Shown: positions 47,643 to 60,100 of the stretch, in pieces
How positions within the stretch are numbered: position 1 is the first letter of the stretch
Layout of the letters: each line of letters begins with the position of its first letter
Source of the DNA: Hemiscyllium ocellatum
Taxonomy: Eukaryota
Direction: 5' to 3'
DNA length: 64,000 nt
Assembly (NCBI RefSeq): GCF_020745735.1
Contig: NW_026867509.1
Span: forward strand, 682,001-746,000
Notes under the pieces: generated by a model
Told to the model about the DNA's origin: nothing
What the model saw: the letters and a program-made list of their open reading frames with translations, nothing else
Databases searched by the model: none
Position numbers and translations under genes: made by a program

Positions 47643-49813
47643 ATGCATGAGGCAGTCATTGCCCCCTTCTTTGTAATTTGCTATTCAATTCTCGCTGCTG
47701 TTGGTGGCCCTGGTAAGTCACTGATTCTCGAAAAAATCGATTACCTTATCATGTATTTCCAGTTTATTTCCTTTCCTTCCAGGATTTGGTAGAATCTTTC
47801 CAATATGCAACTGTTAATTTTAAGGACCTTCAGTGGGTCTCTAATCTATATAATAAATTAGGAAATAACATCTGTGCTCTGAAAAATAATCGTAAATTAC
47901 TTCCAATTTCATTATAACGAAGGGAATTGTGCTCTTCAATTTTGCATGCTGTGCAGTTATAGAAAAAAGTAACTATGAGACGCTGAACTGAAATTTGTGG
48001 TGAATGACAATGCATGAACGTTAATGTGTAATATTGTCACAGACTAAGGTCCAGCCCAATTCGGTGAAATGCAATTTAGTTGATTGTAGGATGAATTGTT
48101 TATCACCGTGTCAGAATTTATACTATGTGCTCTGGAATGATGTAATCGGGTATTGAGTTCCCAATGGACGATAACATTGTTTTGTTCAAATGAACGTCAT
48201 AAGAAAAGAGCAGAAACCGAGCTGCTCAGGAGAATGTTCCATCAATTTGGGGACGGTGGGGTGGGGTTTACTCAATACACCTATAATCAACACAATTCGC
48301 GATATTAATTTGAGGAAGGAACAGAAGATAAAATAAGTTAACATGAGATTTCAGACAGATGTATGATGTTACGGGAATGACCAGATGCTGGTGCTTCAGA
48401 AAAATTGAAGCATGTGATTGTGAAGGGTGAGACACCACTGGTGAGCAGCCGAAGTCGGTCAATATTTATGGATTAAAGGTTGGCTATGCTTGCTATGAAT
48501 AATTTCATGACAACCACATTATGCTGTTTATCCCGAATTGAACAATAGCTCCTGGCCTTAACTCAGTGACAGGAGAGCGATGTTTATTCCTGAGCTGATC
48601 ACACTGACAGTTGATGTGGAGATGCGGTGTTGGGTTGGAGTGGAGAAAGACAAAACTGACATGACCCCAGGTTATAGCCCAATGGGTTTACTTGAAATAA
48701 CAAGAATTTGAAGTGCTATTCCTTCGTCAGGTGCATTGACAGATATTTGATGCTGCATGTGTTGAACAACACTTGACAGTTATTTCAAAACAGGCAGAGA
48801 CTCGGGTTGGCAGGTTTATGTTCAAAGACTGTTTCATAAAAAAAAATGCATATGTCAACAGCCGGTGCTTTGACTAATTCATTACTGTCACTCTCTTTTG
48901 ATTTATCACAGCCAACTTGCTGGCGATCATAATTCTATCTCATGGAAGATGCGGTCTCTCCCGATGCATCACCTACTACCTGGTGGCAATTGCGGTGAGT
49001 GACTTCCTTGTCATCACCAACGCAGTTATCCTCAATCGAATCAGCCGCTTCTATTTTCGGCAAAGTGTCTTGTCCACCACTCCTGTGTGCACTCTCAGTG
49101 TCATATTGGTCTATGCTACACTCGACTGTTCGGTCTGGCTGACAGTCGCCTTTACCATCGACCGTTTTGTGGCCATCTGCTATCAGAGACTGAAGACAAG
49201 ATACTGCACCAAGAAAACTGCATCGCTCGTTATTGGAATGATCTGTGTCCTGAGTTGCATCAAGAACGCTCCTTTCTACCTTGCATTCCAGCCCTTGTTC
49301 ATTTTGGACGGGATACCCTGGTTTTGTAACGTCAAAGCAAACTTCTATACCTGGCCAGTCTGGCAGTTTCATGATTGGTTGTTTCGGGTCTTGAACCCTT
49401 TTCTCCCGTTCTCCCTCATTCTGTTGCTCAACGTCCTGACCATAAGACACATCCTAGCGGCCAACAGGGCCCGCAGGAGGCTCTGTGGTGCTGCTAAGGG
49501 ACAAGATCCAGAGATGGCTAATCGCCAGAGGTCCATTGCCTTACTTTTTGCCATCTCTTTAAGCTTCCTACTCATGTGGTCTCCTCTTCTCGTACATTTT
49601 ATATATGTGCGGATTAAAGATGAGAGTTACTTTAGTGGGCTGGATTTCAGTGATCCGTTGTATACCTTTGAAGAGACGACCAACACACTCCAGATACTTA
49701 GTTCTTGCAACAACGTCTTCATCTATATGGTCTCTCAGAACTTGTTTCGAAAGCAGATGAAGAAAATTCTAATATACCCCTTTGTCACCCTCGCCAGGTC
49801 CTTTAAACGATGA
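47643..49813 (+). CDS. Intact two-exon class A orphan GPCR, GPR139-like shark family (323 aa); exon 1 47643-47712, exon 2 48912-49813
   Basis: Exon 1 MHEAVIAPFFVICYSILAAVGGP-g|gtaagt (70 nt, same size and phase as the paralog) joins cacag|CCAACTTG, giving GPANLLAIIILSHGRCGLS. Motifs SDFLV, AFTIDRFVAI, PFLPF, SSCNNVFIY; 972 nt ending TGA. Confidence 0.9.
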
Positions 49814-51239
49814 GGGATTTGGAAATCACTTCATTTTATTCTTTCTCATTAAAGTTGCCCAGCGTGCACAGCTCCCTCATGCATCCTGAAACAGCAATTT
49901 AATGGACAGAAACAAGATTCGTAACGTTATATAAAGCCCATTCCCCTGCTTAACAGACATCGAAGGCAAAGCCTGAGGGAATGCACAGCTATTGGAAATG
50001 ATTTACTACTGGGCAAGAAGCGAACTTTTGATTTAGAACCACTCTCACTTCTCCCAATCTTCATTCGTCTACTCCAAGGCAGTATTTGTTTATTCATTAT
50101 TTTCCCATACTGTTTTCTTATTTCTTTCATTTCCCCATCTCATCATTCCTTGTTCACAAACTTGCTTCCAGCCTTCCTTCATCATTGTCTGCCTGCTTGC
50201 TGTTCTTTCCTTTCATGGGGATATCTTATCTGCCCATCCCATTTTTCACATTTCGACAACCTGCGGAGTAATGTGATCGTCAAGAAGACACATAACCCAG
50301 TACATCTGTTTGAACTGTGTCCTTAGGAATGGTGTGTGCTGTTTATTGTTTAGTCTGCATCTTTTACGTTTACTCTCCTGTTGATAAACCTCGGATTCTT
50401 GAACACAGTAACAACATAATCAGGTTCTTCTGCAGTGTCTGCATCAGAATTCTTTCTGCATGCTTATTCAAATAATCAGGAATAAATTCTCAAAACTGCA
50501 AATTTCTGGAGAAACTCAACACATTTGTGGGCATTTTGGAGAAAAAGATATTTTGACATAGACAGTCCAGTGACTGGGATTCAGAATATCACATTAAACA
50601 TTCATTTATTTCTATTATCTGTTAGTGTTATATGCTTGTTTTTTTTTAATTTTCTTTTTGAGGAAGGCAGAAACTATGCATTTGGCCAAAGTTTTGCTGT
50701 TCAATTCATTTGTGCATTCATGGTCTCTGATTGTCATTTCGCTCTTTTTAATGAGTGAATGACCTAATGGTGCAGGTACGCCACCCATTGGCGTATTGGG
50801 GTATATTATTATTATTCGTATTGACAAACACGGTTTTCAGTACGAGAAATATTGTAGTACTTCAACTTAATTCAGCTGCGTGAGGAAATAACTCAAGGGA
50901 GGAATTCACCGTTTCTGACAGGGGCTAGTTTATAGTACAACTTGAAAAGAAATGTGAAATATATTTCCTCCATTGTTGCCTGTTCAAAGTACTCCCCAAA
51001 CAAACCAGACCCCAATTTGTGACATGGTTGAAGTCCTCTGTGTAGCAGAGGATTCCAGACATTTGAAGACACATATTGCAAAATCGTACCTTCCCTAAGC
51101 TTACATCTTATCTCTGGTGCTTCCATCTCACTGTAAGGTACCATCAGTAATTTCCTGCGAGTGCAAGAAGAAGATTTGGCTCTCATAGACTTAGCGAGTT
51201 ACTCTCCCCTACATCAAAGACATCTCTGAAGTGAGTGAC

Positions 51240-51830
51240 AGACTATTCAGACGTGTTGGCGTCATGGTAGCCCACAGACACACAACATACTAAAACGACA
51301 GCTAATGAACTTGGAAGACACATTACGGACAACAAGCAAAACTGATGTCATTTACAAAATACCTGACACGAACTGTAACAAACACTGCAATGGACAAACA
51401 GGCAGAAAATTAGCCATCAGGGCACATGAGCATCAACTAGCCACAAAAATCATGACCAACTCTCACGAGTATCCTTTCATACAGATTGGGAAGAACACCG
51501 CTTCGGGGGGATCAATACATCCATCCTAGGACAAGCCAAAAGAGATGTGAAAGAGAATGTCAAGAAGCATAACATTCCAACTGGAAAGCTGTCAACAAAC
51601 ACATTGACTTGGACACCATTTACCACATTCTGAGAAGAAAGAACAGGAAATGACATCAACACAGCAAATGGCATCACTGCCTGAAATTACATCATCAACC
51701 CACAGAAAACTAAACACACAAATAGAAAGCAGGTCCCAAACATCCGTGCCCCAGGTAAGGCTCACTGATTATGTTATCGAGCATGGTGACGAAACGTCTG
51801 AAAACGAATCTTCCAGCTCAGCGTGCAAAT
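51240..51830 (+). mobile_element. Penelope-like element 3' fragment (GIY-YIG endonuclease end plus terminal repeat)
   Basis: TDVIYKIPDTNCNKHCNGQTGRKLAIRAHEHQLATK; hammerhead-like ctgatta...gacgaaacgtc at 51765-51798. Confidence 0.8.
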
Positions 51831-52644
51831 TTACATGCAGAATCTCAAAGACTTGATAGACACTGAGGTAGTTACTGTCACTAAACTCCCATCCATGATA
51901 AGCATTTTCACAAATTCCCAATTTTCTTACTCTCAAGACTCTTCATTCAATGCTTCACTCTTTCATTTTGTGATAGTTTATCGTATTCCATGTCAACGTG
52001 TGCCACCATAATATCCACGTACACCAACCCCGATTATTGGCCCCGAATAGCAAAGTCTTGTGTACCAACAAACTGTTCAATTCAAAATACAGACCCTCAA
52101 ACCACATTCCCCACATGAGGGTCAGGTACCATGTTGGAAATTACACTTTCCAAACTACGATCTCTCAAATCAAAGTGATGCTGATTACACGGACAAAGAG
52201 AGAATGTGCTGGAAAAATGGAATGAAAGTGAAGCACCGATAAATATATATCAGAGTTTAATAAGAACTGAGTAGTATAGAGAGAATATAACAGAAGACTG
52301 ATAGATATGAAATGGTAGTCACTATTCCAGCTAAATTCCAGGAGAGGAAGTCACACACGGCTAGAGATGCACATGGACAACAGGGCACCACGTTATGGCC
52401 GAAGTAGGACATGGATAAAGAAGGCATTGATTCGGAAAGTGCAGACCAGCTAAACTCACTGATGGATAAAATCTATAATGCAATTCTGAGAGATTCGAGT
52501 AATGCGCACTTGCACAGGTAGGGATTATTTAAGAACAGACAGCATTGTGCTCTGAAGGGAAACACGTGACTGACCAACATGATTGAGGTTTTCGAATAGG
52601 TGACCGGGAGTGCTGATGAGGAGAATGCATTTGACAGACACTAC

Positions 52645-52946
52645 TTAGATTACTTACAGTGTGGAAACAGGCCCTTCGGCCCAACAAGTCCACACCGACC
52701 CGCCGAAGCGCAACCCACCCATACATTTACCCCTTACCTAACATTACGGGCAATTTAGCATGGCCAATTCACCTGACCCGCACATCTTTGGACTGTGAGG
52801 AGGAAACCGGAGCACCCGGAGGAAATCCACGCAGACACGGGGAGAATGTGCAAACTCCACACAGTCAGTCGCCTGAGGCGGGAATTGAACCCGGGTCTCT
52901 GACGCTGTGAGGCAGCAGTGCTAACCACTGTGCCACCGTGCTGCCC
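52645..52946 (-). mobile_element. HE1-type shark SINE, young full-length copy
   Basis: Minus strand gggcagcacggtggcacagtggttagcactgctgcctcacagcgtcagagacccgggttcaattcccgcc...; same tail as the 45077 copy. Confidence 0.92.
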
Positions 52947-53139
52947 AAATGGAATGAAACTTACACCGAAGCATGGCTTTCAACAAGTTCCCTCGTGAGA
53001 GATTGATAGAAAGAAAAAAATCCCAGGGGAGGCAAAGATAAAAGCCAATGGAATATAGGGAAATTGAAGTATTTGTTTTCCGAGTCCGGAGAAAAATAAG
53101 AAGAATACACTAATGGTTTGGAGCTGGTTTTTTCTTTTC

Positions 53140-54010
53140 TGACCAGAAACCTGTGTTCAGTTGAATTCCACAGTGTTGTAGACCTTTCTCTTGTGGTTTA
53201 TATTTTAAAACTTCAAACAGAAACTTTGGCCGTGTTGTTTAGTAAGTTCGTGGATGATATGAAGATCTAAATTTTGATGAATAGTGAAGAAGCTCGTCTT
53301 CGATTCCAGGAGGAGATCGACGGGTACATCAGGTTAGCTGATCATAGGCAAATTGAATTATGTCCAACAACTATGAAATTATCGATGTAACAGGACAAAC
53401 AAGCAAAGGAACACATGACGAACTATAGAACATTAAGAAGCTCTGCCTACCACAAGGGTTTAAGAGTGTATATCCAATGGTCCCTCAAGGTAGTAGGACA
53501 AGGTACAATGGCAACTGAGAATCTTGACTTCAGTAGATGAATCATCGCGTTTACAGTGGGGAAGTAATGGTGGAACTGTGTAAGATTGTGTTCGAATGCA
53601 ACTATATTATTGTGTCCAGGTCTTTAATCCAAGTTTTAAGAGAGATTGTCTTGCACTCCAGAGGATTGAGAGGAGACCTGCATATGTGAATTGAGTTCAA
53701 GTATTTTAGTCATGAAAAGAGCATGGAAAGACTAAGCTTGTTTTCCGTGCAGCAAAGGAGACTGGTGGGAAGGAGTAATTGAAAATTTAAAAATTTTGAA
53801 AGGCATAGATTTAGATAAGGAGCAGGATGTTCAGAGGAGATAAGAGTATTTTTAGGTCAGCCAGAGGGTTTGCGAATCTGCAAGTCACTGTCTTAAGTTT
53901 GGTAGAGATACAAAACAAAATGACAATATTTGAGATTTTCTCAGATGTGGAATTGCGATGCCAAGCCATAGAAGGCAATTGGTAAAGAGTTCAAAGATGA
54001 GATTAGATTA
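53140..54010 (+). mobile_element. Very old CR1 fragment
   Basis: agtaagttcgtggatgatatgaag (FADD-like), tattgtgtccaggtc and ttgttttccgtgcagcaaaggagactg resemble CR1 ORF2. Confidence 0.55.
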
Positions 54011-54148
54011 ATTAAATTCTACTTATTGATGCTCCAAATGACATTTTCCTCTGCCATAAAAAACTTTCATTCTCCAACACGATGGATAAATGTTCATTTG
54101 TCGATGTCTAAATGCCTGTTTATGCACGCTTCTGTGTTTCAGTCCGTT

Positions 54149-54165
54149 TGTGTGTGTGTGTTTGT

Positions 54166-54196
<31 letters not shown>

Positions 54197-54245
54197 AGTG
54201 AGTGTGTCCACACGTGCATACAAACATGTTCACGTGTATGTATGT
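54149..54245. repeat. (TG)n microsatellite and TG-rich flank
   Basis: Direct reading: tgtgtgtgtgtgtttgtgtgtg... Confidence 0.95.
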
Positions 54246-55264
54246 GGGGTTGTAACTGTGGTTTTGCGTCCATATTCGTTTTGGTGTCTCTTTGAATATG
54301 CGTTCATATGTGTGTATTTCGCTGTGCATTGTTGGCCGGTCTGTCTCTGTGTCCGCATTGGTAGAATTTCAAAACATTGCAAATGTTCATCTGGAGCGTC
54401 TATGGATTTGTCTGAAATCTTTCTCAGAAGGTGTTGGCAGCAGTGGTGGGAGAGAAACTGTGCGGAGGAATAATTATTCATTCACAATGTTACGGTTTCA
54501 TTCCTGGTTTCTTTGTCTTTTTATTTTTCATGGCACAGTGCCACCATCGGCTGGAGTATAATCGCTTCAACATTAAAACACGTTGAAGCTCACTCGGAGG
54601 ACAGTGACACATAGCACCATTTAAACTGACAACAGCATCAATTCATCTCCAGGGTCATTTTGTAGGAGGTGCCATTGATGTGGTTCATATTGTATCAAAC
54701 TCAAATAGGTACAGTGCGTGCAGATGATCACAGTGAGTAACAGGGACATTGAGTAGAACTTTGGCCTATATCAAAAAGGGAATGAAGTCTGGAGTTAAAT
54801 TTCTGAGTTGTCTCAGAAGCATTTCGCTAACAGAATGAACCAAGCTCAATGTAATGTCCTCGCTGTCGGTGCTTGAGGGCTTTGCAGCACACTGTTCTTC
54901 GTGTTTGCTTAGGTTATTTCTTGGTCCCCGATTTTATGCGAGACAAATTGTGTTAAACGATAAGAAAATAAAATCAATTGGGACAGTTCTGAGAAACATT
55001 ATTATCTGCAGTTCACTGGAATGAGAACAATTTCAGGTCGTTCCCGTTCCTTGTCCAGTCGTCACGAATTGTGGTACAAGGCGCTGAAATCTGATTGGAC
55101 GACATCAACTGACGCTGGCAGCCACGAAACAAAATCGGGTCCCATCTAACGTCTCAGGTGCAACATTTTATCGTCAGCGCCCTCTATTCAAATGCGCCAT
55201 TATCGCTGCAATAAAACAATCCACCTTCAGTTCTCTCTGTTCTAAACCACCATTCGCTCTGAAA

Positions 55265-55788
55265 ACATTTCGACTATTATTAATTCCTCATTCTGCTGCA
55301 TCTCTCTTAACAGGTACATTATCCACTCTGTAATAATTCTCACTTGTCTGCGACACTGACGACTTGCTATTTAATCGTGCTCTCCCTTCACTTCCATTGT
55401 GTTCCGTTACATTGATTCTAAAATGTAACGCTACAAAATGTTTTTCAAATCTAAATTTATGCAGTTTTGGTCGTGTGTGCACGAGTAAAGTACAGAGACT
55501 CAGATTAAAGAAAACTTAGTAAGAGTTAACATTAGTTATTAGTTTTCTGCTACCTCCTACTTTTTTTGTAACTGTGCTGTCAGGGCCCTGCAGAGTTACC
55601 TCCATCCCACCACATGGTAACCGTTTCAAAGCAGACGGCGTTGGCGATCGATTTTCTGCATTTCTGCATGTTTTGAACCGTGAGGGGGATGTCACCATCA
55701 GCGAACTGTGGCTGTCCGACTGGTCGGTGTATTTCTGCAGGCTGTGAGACACAATGACAGGAGCCAGAATGATCCTTGTGCCAAACAT
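55265..55788 (+). pseudogene. TCR alpha/delta V pseudogene: leader 55265-55313, V exon 55465-55749, RSS 55750-55788
   Basis: Leader relic (T)FRLLLIPHSAASLLT-g|gtacat without ATG; the 5' exon is frameshifted (VNISY*FSATSYFF); the 3' exon reads ADGVGDRFSAFLHVLNREGDVTISELWLSDWSVYFCRL*; cacaatg - 23 nt - gccaaacat. Confidence 0.8.
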
Positions 55789-57186
55789 TTGTTGTGATGG
55801 AGAATGTTGAATGTACTGGGGGCAGATTGAAAAGAAGCCTGCATTTACTAAACCTGGCACCAATTCGTGCTGCTTTAGAATAGAAAACTGGTTTATGTGT
55901 AGGCCACTTGGCCCCTCGGAACTAAAGTAAATTCAGTATGGTCATGACTGGTCATGCAATTTTAGTGCACTACTCTCATTTCTCTCCATGCCCCTTGAAC
56001 CATATATCAGCAAGGGCCATGTCCAGCTCCACAATGAAAATTGATAATTAACAGACCCAACAGCTGTCTGTGATACAGAATTCCCCACAGGTTCAGAACA
56101 GTGGCGTCAGTCAGCTGTGGTTCAAAAAGTTGTAGCCGCACAGTCCAATCAGATTTATTGCTTGTCACTGAGAAACGATTCGGTGGAGATTTTCTGCATT
56201 GCCACTAAAGCTATTCTCATGTACCAAATACTCAATGGATCCACTTGAATATTGAAGATCCCAGAACACGTAAGGCAATTGTTGCTTGTCACTGTGTAAT
56301 TACGGAATAATTGAACATCATGTCCTTCATTTACTGAGGTTTCCGCCGGTGTCTGTTAAACTGAGTCAGCTTGACAATGCCCTGTTAAAGAAAAGACACA
56401 TAAGAAGTCAAAGAATTATATATCACTGTGATTTCTCCCCAGAAACAATTGAACAAATGCGACACTTACTTGTCAAATAATGTACAAGCACATATAGAAA
56501 CATATGAAGGACGACATGTTCTCCAACGAATAATTTCATCTGCTTTAGTGCACTTTTGGTGCCATCTTTGATGTCCTTTACTCCACCTGCGTTGTAAAGC
56601 AAAATTAATATACACCTGGTGTTTATCATATGTAACATATAGTTCCCTGTGATGAGCCTGATCCATGAACGATTCAGCAAAAACTTGCAGCTGGCGTATG
56701 CAATTTACTTTAGAGACGAATTGAGGAAGGTTCCAACTCTTTTCTTTTTAGATCAATACGTGGAGATTTCTGTGCTCTGATTAATTGTCATAACTGCGAC
56801 ATTTGTGAAATGAAGTCATGAACAAATTCTCAACTTACCATCTAAGACAGCTGTAGCAGAAACATTAAAATAAAAATAAACTCCTAATATGTTTCGAGAG
56901 AAATGATGGAAGATTTGAACACAAATGAGTTATTTCTGAATTGATTATTCGTCATGAGATAAGATGGCATATCGATATTGTGCTCTCTACTGATTGGTTT
57001 CTTATGCCAGAGACAGAAGGTAACGTCCAATCAGGTTGGAAATCCATTGTTTTGCAAAAAAAAACCAATGAGCTCTTCGGTTTTACTGCTGCATTTCTCT
57101 TTGTGCGAAATTGTATCACGTGGTGCGGCAGAAGGACATTGCCTCCTATCCAGAGAAAACCCGAGATATGCATTTTCTCTCTGAAA

Positions 57187-60100
57187 TGAGGACTGCAGAT
57201 GCTGTAGATCAAAGTCAAGTTTAGAGTGGTGCTGAAAAGCACAGCAGGTCAGGCAGCAAAATCAACATTTTGGGCATAAGCCCTTCATCAGGTAAAAGGC
57301 TAGGAGCCTCCAGAGTGGAGAGATAAATGGGAGGGGGCGGGGGTGAGGAGAATGCACCTAAGAGTACAATAGTTGGACGGAGGTGGGGATGAAGATGATA
57401 TGTCGGAGAAGAGGGTGGAGCAGATAAGTGTGAAGGAAGATTCGCAGGTAGGAAAGGTCATGAGGATGGTGAAGAGATGTGAAGTTGGAATTGGGTACGG
57501 TGGGGGAAGGGAAATGAGGAAACTGGTGAAGTCCACAATGATGCCCTGAGGTCGAAGTGTTCTGTGGTGGAAAATGAGGCGTTCTTCCTCCAGGCGCCAA
57601 GCAGTGAGGGAGTGGCGGTGGAAGAGGCCCAGGATCTGCATGTCCACGGCAGAGTCGTGGAGGGGCGTAGAAATTTTCGGCCACGGGGCCGTCGGGCTGA
57701 TTGGTGCCAGTGTTCCGGAGATGTTCCCTTCAGTGCACTGCAACAAGGCGTCCAGTCTCTCCAATGTAAAGGAGCCCACACCTTTGGAGCCTTGGATGGA
57801 GGTGAGGGGACCGTGTGGGCGCAGGTTTTGCAATTCCTGCGGTGGCAGCGGAAGATACCAGGAGGGGAGGGTGCCTTACGTGGGGCACGAACCTGACCAG
57901 GTTGTCACAGAGGCAATGGTCCTTGCGAAAGGTGGATAGAAATGGCGAGGGAAATGTATCCCTGGCGGTGAGGTCTATTTGTAGGTGGCAGAAATGTCGG
58001 CGAATGATGCGGGTAATGCGGAGATTGGTGGAGTGGACGTTGAGGACCTGGGGGTTCAGTCCTTGTTGCGGTTTGAGGGATGGGCTTTGAAGGCGGAGGT
58101 GCAAAACGTTGATGAGATGCGTTAGAGGGTATCTTAGACCATGTCGGAGGAGAACTTACAGTCTTTAAAGAAGGAGGCCATCTGGTGTTCTCTGTGGTGG
58201 AACGGATACAGAGAAGGCAGAGGAATTGGGAACACGAGTTAGCATGGGAAGAGGTGAAATCCAGTTAGCTGTGGGAGTCGATGGGTTTGTAAAAATATGT
58301 CACTTTTGAATTGATCGTCATTAATGGAGTGGTCGAGGTCTAGGAAGGGGAGGGAGGTGTACAGATTGTGCACGTTAATTTAAAGTCGAGGTGGAATGTG
58401 TTGGTGAAGTTGATGAAATGCTGAACCCTCTCACGGGAGCACGAAGTGGCACTGATGCAGCCATCAATGTAGTAGAGGAAGAGGTGGGGAGTGGTGCCAG
58501 TGTAACTACGGCTGATGGACTGTTCTACATAACCAACAAAGAGACAAGCATAGTTGGGGTCCAGGCGGGTGTCCACTGATACCTCTTTCATCTAGAGGAA
58601 GTGGGAGCATTCGATTGAGAAAATGTTAAGTGGGAGGGCCAATTCAGCCAAACGAATGAGAGTGTCAGCGGAAGGGAACTGGTGGGTACCTCTGGAGAGG
58701 AAGAAACGGAGGGCTTGGATGCCTACTCATGGCGGGTGGATGTCCATAGTGACGATGAGGCGTTGGGAGCTGGGAAAATGGAAGTCTTGGTGGAAGTGGT
58801 GGGCTTGGGTGTTGTATCGAACGTACGTGGGGAGTTCCTGGACTAGGGAGATAGGACAGTATTGAGGTAGGTGGAGAAGAGTTCGGTGGGGCAGGAGTAG
58901 GCTGAGACGATTGGTCGGCTGGGGTGGTCAGGCTGGTGGATATTCGGAAGGAGGTAGAATTGCTCACTGCGAGGTTTCCAAAATCTGAGTTTGGAAGCTG
59001 TGGGTGGGAGACCTCCTGATGTGATGAGGTTATGTATGGTCTGGGAGATGATGGTTTGAAGTTGGGGGGTGAGGTCTTGATCGAGGGAGCAGCAGGAGGA
59101 GGTGCCTTTGAGTTGGGGCCTGGCTTCATTGGTGTAGTTGTCAGTGCACCCCCTTTATCAGCTGGTTTGATGATGAGATTGGGATTGCAGCAGAGGGAGT
59201 CGAGACTTTGCGTTGGGAGGGCGTGAGTTTCGAGTGAGGGAGGAGGCAGATAGGTTGAGACGGTAAATGTCTCGGTGGCAGATGGAAAGGAAAAGATCGA
59301 GTGTAGGTAATAGGCCAGTATGGCGCGTCCAGTGGATGGTCTGTGTTGGACGTGAATGAAGGGGTCCTCGGAAGGTGGGCAGGCATCCTGATTGAAAACA
59401 TAAGCACGGAGGCGGAGGCAGTGGAAGAAGTGTTTGACGTTCCAACGAGGATTGAATTCGTTGATGGAAGGACAGAAGGGGATGAAGGTAAGGCCTTTGC
59501 TCTGGACTTATCGCTCATCCTCAGTGAGCGGGAGATCTGAATGGATAGTAAAAAGTCGGCAGGGCTCGGAGCTAGGACCTGGTATAGGTATGGCACAGGG
59601 AGTGGGGTCAGAGACTGTAAATGGAGTGGGAGAGGTGGTGGGGAGATGGGGGTATCATTACCAAAGATGATCTTTCCCTCATGCTTCTTGGATGCGGAGA
59701 TTGTGACAGTGGGATATGTAGGGGGCGTGTCGGCAGTATGCAAGTGAATGGCGTTGGTGAGGGCACAAGTGTTAGCAACGACTGAAGTTGGGGGCAGAAG
59801 TAGCGGAACGTGTGACGTCAGCGTAGAATGGAGGGACGGAAGTGATGTCACGCATGTTGTATTTGGAATGTTTGGGGGCAGAAGTGACTCCAGAAGCGGC
59901 CGCGTTTGGGGCGGAAGTGACGTCATCGATCACCGTGGGTTGGGTGCCTCGTGGGTAATGGAGGGCAACCATGTCAGGAGGTCGAGTGAAGCTGCTGGAA
60001 AGTTTGAGGAATGCTGGTTATGGAGGTGGGTATATAAAGGTTGGCTGTGCTTACAGTTTTATTGATATTTGAGATGTTGTAGAAAATCTGATTGTTGAGA

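Noticed and set aside
48935-49575. Antisense and alternate-frame ORFs (171, 80 and 68 aa) over GPCR2
   Set aside because: Shadow frames of the GPCR coding exon with no independent features.
50768-51200. Possible leader (YWGILLLFVLTNT) and V-alpha relic (EEITQ, PQFV, FHLTV)
   Set aside because: The donor is in the wrong phase, the cysteines are absent and there is no RSS; suggestive only.
52890-52946. tRNA-like A/B-box sequence
   Set aside because: It is the tRNA-derived head of an HE1-type SINE, not a tRNA gene.
54023-54561. Cys/Val- and His/Thr-rich ORFs
   Set aside because: Translation artefacts of the (TG)n microsatellite.
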